NCBI GenBank assembly: GCA_963841735.1
Contig: CAWJDT010000001.1
Coordinates: forward strand, 1,056,001-1,120,000
Length of the DNA stretch: 64,000 bases
Direction of reading: 5' to 3'
Source of the DNA: an uncultured Actinomycetes bacterium
GTDB lineage: Bacteria > Actinomycetota > Thermoleophilia > RBG-16-64-13
Shown here piece by piece: positions 60,010 through 64,000 of the stretch (position 1 is the first letter of the stretch; each line of letters begins with the position of its first letter). The notes below the pieces were generated by a model. The model was not told the DNA's origin, ran no database searches, and saw only the letters and a program-made list of their open reading frames with translations. The position numbers and the translations under genes were made by a program.

Positions 60010-61304
60010 TGACCCGCACCGGTCGGTTCAGTTTCGACGGGCGTTCTGGGGCGGCCGAATGGTCGTTCGACGGATCGTCGCTTGTGGTCACCCCCGAGGA
60101 TGGAGGCCCGCTTTCCTTTGCCGTGAAAGAGATCACCGGCGTGTCCGGCGATGGCTACACAGTCCGCGTGGGCCTCGATGGCGCGGAGGCCCCACTCGAA
60201 CTCTCCATGCTGGGCCACGACGGTCCCACCCTGCTTGAGTCGCTCCGCCGGGAGTGGATCAAAGCTCGCGCGGGAGTCCTGCGGCTTGGCGGGTCGGGCG
60301 ACGGTTGGCCCACCTCAGGCCTGGTCGCCGGTCTCGATGCAACGGGCACGCAGGGCGTGGCGGCGGAACCCTTCAACGCTCTGGTGTTCGAGGATGTCCT
60401 GGTGGTCGCAAGCGAAGGTCGGGATCTCGATCCCCTGTTCCTAGCCCTCGCAGAGAAGACCTTCTTCGACGAGTCCACCTACACTGTTCACGTGGACGAA
60501 TGGCCCGGACGGAGTGTCGTCTTCTCCAAGTTGGCAAAGGAGACCGAGGAGTTCCTGCGTCGTCTGGCCGACAACCGGGCACTCTTGGCCAAGGAGGCGG
60601 CGACGACGTTGGCCGCGACCGTTCCTAGCGTCCCCGCGGGACAGCGAGGCGCTTTAGCCGGCACTTGGATGCCAGGCAGACTTCTTGATGTCTCAAGAAT
60701 GGACGCTCTCTGTCCGGGGTTCGAGCAGGCTTTGTGTAGCGAATGGTTGCCCTCTCTGCCCCGGCACGAGGAAGGCACCTACCTGTTGGAGTGGGCGACG
60801 GCCGGATCGACCTGGCTGGGCTGCATGCGTGAAGCGGACGCGGCCGGCACGGGCGGCGAAGACGGAGCGGCCGAGGGCGACGCTGCCGGCGAAGACGGAA
60901 CGGGCGTCGGGGAGACGGCGGAGAGTGAGCCGGCTCCCGACAAGACCGTGAAGCTCAGGCCGGCGGAGGGCGACGCTGCCACGAGGCCGCTATGGATGCT
61001 GGCGGGCAAGAAGGGCACCTGGTTCTTGGAGGCCCTTTCTGTCGAAGACCGGGCCACCTACTGCTTTGCCGGTGGCGACGATATGCCCGCTCTTGTGTCG
61101 TGCCTGCTATGCGCGCCGCAGTTCTCCAAGGAGGCCCTCTACAACCCGCTCAGCGAGCTGATAGGCGACAAGGCCGACCTGGCCATCCCGGCTCGGTCTC
61201 TAGGCTTTCTGGTGGAGCTGCGCAAGCGCTTCCGACAGCGGGTCATCCACCGGTCGGCGGAGGGCTGGAAGGGCGATATCGACAAGCTTGGCGGGGGCGC
61301 CTAG
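60009..61304 (+). CDS. Hypothetical protein, translationally coupled to the zinc-ribbon gene
   Basis: TGATG overlap; 431-aa ORF with an acidic low-complexity insert. Confidence 0.75.
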   Translation: MTRTGRFSFDGRSGAAEWSFDGSSLVVTPEDGGPLSFAVKEITGVSGDGYTVRVGLDGAEAPLELSMLGHDGPTLLESLRREWIKARAGVLRLGGSGDGWPTSGLVAGLDATGTQGVAAEPFNALVFEDVLVVASEGRDLDPLFLALAEKTFFDESTYTVHVDEWPGRSVVFSKLAKETEEFLRRLADNRALLAKEAATTLAATVPSVPAGQRGALAGTWMPGRLLDVSRMDALCPGFEQALCSEWLPSLPRHEEGTYLLEWATAGSTWLGCMREADAAGTGGEDGAAEGDAAGEDGTGVGETAESEPAPDKTVKLRPAEGDAATRPLWMLAGKKGTWFLEALSVEDRATYCFAGGDDMPALVSCLLCAPQFSKEALYNPLSELIGDKADLAIPARSLGFLVELRKRFRQRVIHRSAEGWKGDIDKLGGGA

Positions 61305-61343
61305 GCTCAGCGCGAGCGCCCGCCAAGAACGGTCGGCCCAAAG

Positions 61344-61373
61344 AAAAAGCGAGTCCCGAGTGAACTCGCTTTT
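61344..61373. terminator. Bidirectional intrinsic terminator
   Basis: AAAAAGCGAGT-loop-ACTCGCTTTT between convergent genes. Confidence 0.75.
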
Positions 61374-61670
61374 CGCCTTTCAACGGCTCCCACTGCAGAC
61401 CGGTCTCACGGTACTCCGCGGCCATTTGCCTCCGCGTTTCCTCCTCCGGCCCCCTTGTGAGTTCCTCAGACGCTGCGCTGGACTCTCGGGACTCTGGTGA
61501 TGATTCTAGTCTTTCCGGTTGGGAAAGCAAGACCTTTGAGACCCCTCCCAAAGAAGAAAAAACCGGTGTGTGCGAATGGTGCCAGCGGCCCTCTCATTCG
61601 CTGCCAGCGGCCCCCTCTGTTCATGAGGGTTTGCGGCCTTTCGCGACGGCGACCGGCCCACGCGCGACAC

Positions 61671-64000
<2,330 letters not shown>

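Noticed and set aside
61243-61551. 102-aa minus-strand ORF downstream of carB
   Set aside because: It runs through a bidirectional terminator into the convergent gene and has no recognisable motif. A short real peptide cannot be excluded.

Overview
High-GC bacterial chromosomal region, probably an anaerobic Actinomycetota such as Thermoleophilia (inferred from gene content, Thr-rich lipoproteins and the tadA/tRNA-Ser linkage). Housekeeping genes (cysteine synthase, purC, pfkA, gltX plus tRNA-Glu, rnj, tadA, carB) are mixed with many MFS/MMPL transporters, signalling proteins, ECF sigma modules and a MoxR operon. The most notable structure lies downstream of tRNA-Ser(CGA) at 55527-55615 (minus strand). 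Two displaced tRNA-Ser 3' halves (52339-52381 and 47439-47480) and four copies of a conserved ~60-bp element made of tandem repeats plus a hairpin (40508, 50685, 52247, 55432) divide the DNA into small integrase-free gene cassettes, mostly encoding membrane or secreted proteins. An IS481 and a relic IS end sit in the cassette next to the tRNA. Other observations: an apparent ECF sigma/VanW deletion chimera, a candidate aromatic-rich leader peptide, gene remnants, and three single-base frameshifts (purC, an MBL hydrolase, a zinc-ribbon gene) that are probably sequencing errors. No database searches were run, so all family calls come from motif recognition.
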